Assembly (NCBI RefSeq): GCF_046119375.1
Contig: NW_027362762.1
Coordinates: 276,396,001 to 276,460,000, forward strand
Direction of reading: 5' to 3'
From: Phyllobates terribilis
Lineage: Eukaryota
Length of the DNA: 64,000 bases
Below the pieces are notes generated by a model. That model made no database searches and was not told the DNA's origin. It saw only the letters and a program-made list of their open reading frames with translations. This document shows positions 61,757 through 64,000 of this stretch, piece after piece. The position numbers and the translations under genes were made by a program. Numbering within the stretch: position 1 is the first letter of the stretch; every line of letters starts with the position of its first letter.

Positions 61757-61775
61757 TGCACGCATTCTCACATCA
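61757..61775 (-). other. Degenerate primer-binding site, tRNA-Ala-like
   Basis: TGATGTGAGAATGCGTGCA directly after the 5' LTR resembles TGGTGGAGAATGCGGGCA. Confidence 0.55.
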
Positions 61776-62604
61776 ACTGTGGTAAAGCGACTTACTTGGC
61801 CACATGCGGAGGTAAACAAGTTACACTATTTCTTTAAATTTTCAGTTGGTTTATTTAGAGGCATAAACCAGCACAAAGTTCATGAAACATAAACGTAGCC
61901 TATCTGGCATAATGGCAAAACAAACATAAGAAAGTGTCCAGCAAAGTACTTGAACCTGGCCGGGGTCTGGCCACTCAGGATCAGGAACATAGATCCACAC
62001 GGTTCAGTTTAACACACACATACACAAGCTCCTCTCTCTGGATCTGGCCTCCGGGTACTGAACACACCTGAGTGTCAAGGCTGTCTATTTAAAGCCCAGA
62101 CACTCCCCTGATTGGAGAGGTGTGGTGAATGACCTCCCACCCTTCACAGTGGTTATTCACAAAAAAATTCCCTTTTAATTGATTTAACCCCCAGCATATA
62201 ACATGCTGGAGAATATTTGTAGGTTCAGTTCGCTGAGGCTAGCAGCCATAGCGAAACATACCTCCCCTCACATACAACATCAGTGACTCTGTCACACTGC
62301 AAACAGGATAAAGCATCAGCAATGACACTTTCCTCACTAGGAATATATTTGATTTTAAACCAAAATATTATTCTGGAGGCACAGTAAAACCAAATGTCAC
62401 AATAATGCCAAGACCGGAGAGGACGCTGATTTTTGTGAGTTTACAACTAAAACTACCTAGCTATTGTCTGTCCAAAAACAGATCCTCCTACTGCCTAACT
62501 CGCTCATCCACAGTTCTATCGCTACTGCTATTGGAAAGAGCTTGTGTTAGTCATGTTCCTCATCAGACCACTGTCCCTTCAATGATCTTGCCACTGCTCT
62601 CTAC

Positions 62605-64000
62605 TAGTGTTGAGCCACCCCCGTAGTGTTCGAGTTCGGTTCGGTTCGTCGAACACCCGTGTGTTCGCCGAACTGTTCGTCGAACTGTTCGTCGAACACC
62701 TTCGAACACCGTTAAAACCAATGGCAGGCAAACAAAAACACATAGAAACACATAGAAAACACCTTCAAAGGTGTCCAAAAGCTGACAAACTGCTCAGAAG
62801 ACACAACTAACACATGGAAAAGTGACAAGTACATATAGGCATGCGAAAAGAAAAGAGGTGGAGGAGTAAAAGGAGGGGGAGACACAGATATAGGCATGTC
62901 ATGCCCTTCTAAAATCCAAAAAGTGAGAAGCCGAGACGGCCAGTCCGCTCCTGCCCGTGCCACCTCCGTGTCGCCGGGTTTGTGCCAGAGCCGCGGTGAA
63001 CCCTGACGGCCAGCCCCCCTCTCCCAATACTGATGCCTGTCCGCTGGTGGGTCGAGAGAGCCCCCCTGTGGTGGAGGCAGCTCTAAGCTTTTTAATTTAA
63101 ATTGTCCCTCTAATTTGAATGAATACACTTTAAATCCATTTACAAGGATCTATTGGAGGGCAAGTCTCATGCCAGCAGCCGCGTAATTCCAGCTCCAGTA
63201 GCGTCCACTAAAGCTGCTGCAGTTAAAAAGCTTTTATAAGGATCGAGCTCGGCTGTCCACCGCAAGGCATCCTAGTGCCAGTCCCAGCCCCTATGCCTTG
63301 GGGTGCCTCCTGATGCTCTTCACTAAGTATCCCGTGGTCCCGAAGCATTTCCTTTGAAAAAATTAAGTGTCCAAACTACAGGTGGTGTAGCTTGCTTAAC
63401 AGCCGGGATAATCCGCTGACTAGCAGACACTGCTACTAGGCACAAAGTATTTCCTGGGCTAGATGCAGTTAAAAATTTGTAAGTAGATACTCTCGTTGGA
63501 TGCTGAGAAAGCATTCCATAGAGTCTCCTGGCACGCCATATATGATTCTCTTAAAAAGCTTGGGGTAGGGGTCTAGGGGACCCTTTTATAGCCAAAATCA
63601 CGGCCCTGTATCAAAATACGTCACCTAGGCTGAAGATAAATGGAACTGTAGCACCCTGAGGGCTCGGTTGCTACAGAGGTATTGCACCTCACCCAGAGGT
63701 GTGATATCTCACTCTCAGGTAAGGATGTAGTGTGGATCAGGACCCGACACCTGCATGCATTACACCACATTGCCGTGGGGCAGGGCGACCAATATGCCCC
63801 TGAGATGGGCACGACAGTCCCTGTCCCTGGCTGGAGTGGGGGGAGGGAACACTGAGGAAGGGGAACCCTGTAGTGCAGGAGCAGGGAGGAAGCAGTTCCT
63901 GGGTGCATTGAGAAGGGAGTATAAAAGGTGGGCACCATCTTAGTTCAGTGCAGAGAAGTCTGAGCAGAAGTGGCAGGGAGCAGGGGCTCTGCATGAGCTC
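62605..64000 (-). mobile_element. hAT family A, copy 3 (right arm; continues beyond the window)
   Basis: TAGTGTTGAGCC TIR at 62605, then the reverse complement of the right arm: 18S piece, L1 piece (63483-63646) and LTR from 63647. Confidence 0.95.
63106..63375 (+). pseudogene. 18S rRNA fragment in copy 3
   Basis: TTGGAGGGCAAGTCTCATGCCAGCAGCCGCGTAATTCCAGCTCC...; same fragment as 13479-13749, with a 1-nt deletion. Confidence 0.92.

Larger units (their letters stand above)
57589..62296 (-). mobile_element. Gmr1-type Gypsy LTR retrotransposon, internally deleted
   Basis: LTRs at 61778-62296 and 57589-57996 (truncated); TG..CA ends; 4-bp TSD CTGC (57585-57588, 62297-62300); order gag(SCAN-like, CCHC)-PR-IN-RT. 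Confidence 0.92.

Noticed and set aside
61389-61785. Ala-rich and Leu-rich plus-strand ORFs
   Set aside because: They are antisense shadows of the CAG-rich gag N-terminus.

Overview
Vertebrate genomic DNA, probably from a frog (inferred from the transposon repertoire). It is almost entirely nested transposable elements, and no host gene or CRISPR array is supported. The dominant feature is a young hAT (Ac-type, BED-finger) DNA transposon family present four times. Copy 1 (3351-14250, +) is complete at 10.9 kb, with an 8-bp target duplication (TSD) GACAATAC and an uninterrupted 1226-aa transposase. Copy 2 (22869-33555, +) is near-identical but has a nonsense codon and mismatched flanks. A left-arm derivative (37448-41432, -) lacks the transposase, and a right arm (62605-64000, -) runs off the window. 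The element carries a variable 110-bp tandem array upstream of the transposase and a fixed cargo in its right arm: a Tc1 fragment, an L1-type RT fragment split by a solo LTR, and about 270 bp of 18S rRNA, all antisense to the transposase. Separately, a 332-bp-period unit at 2471-2898 contains a well-formed type I hammerhead ribozyme (retrozyme-like), and a decayed hammerhead lies at 18927-18977. The rest comprises several Tc1/mariner copies, MITEs, older hAT relics with their own minisatellites, two tyrosine-recombinase (Ngaro/DIRS-type) relics, and a Gmr1-type Gypsy element (SCAN-like gag, PR-IN-RT order) with an L2 insertion. Coordinates were read by eye and may be off by a few bases; identities are visual estimates.
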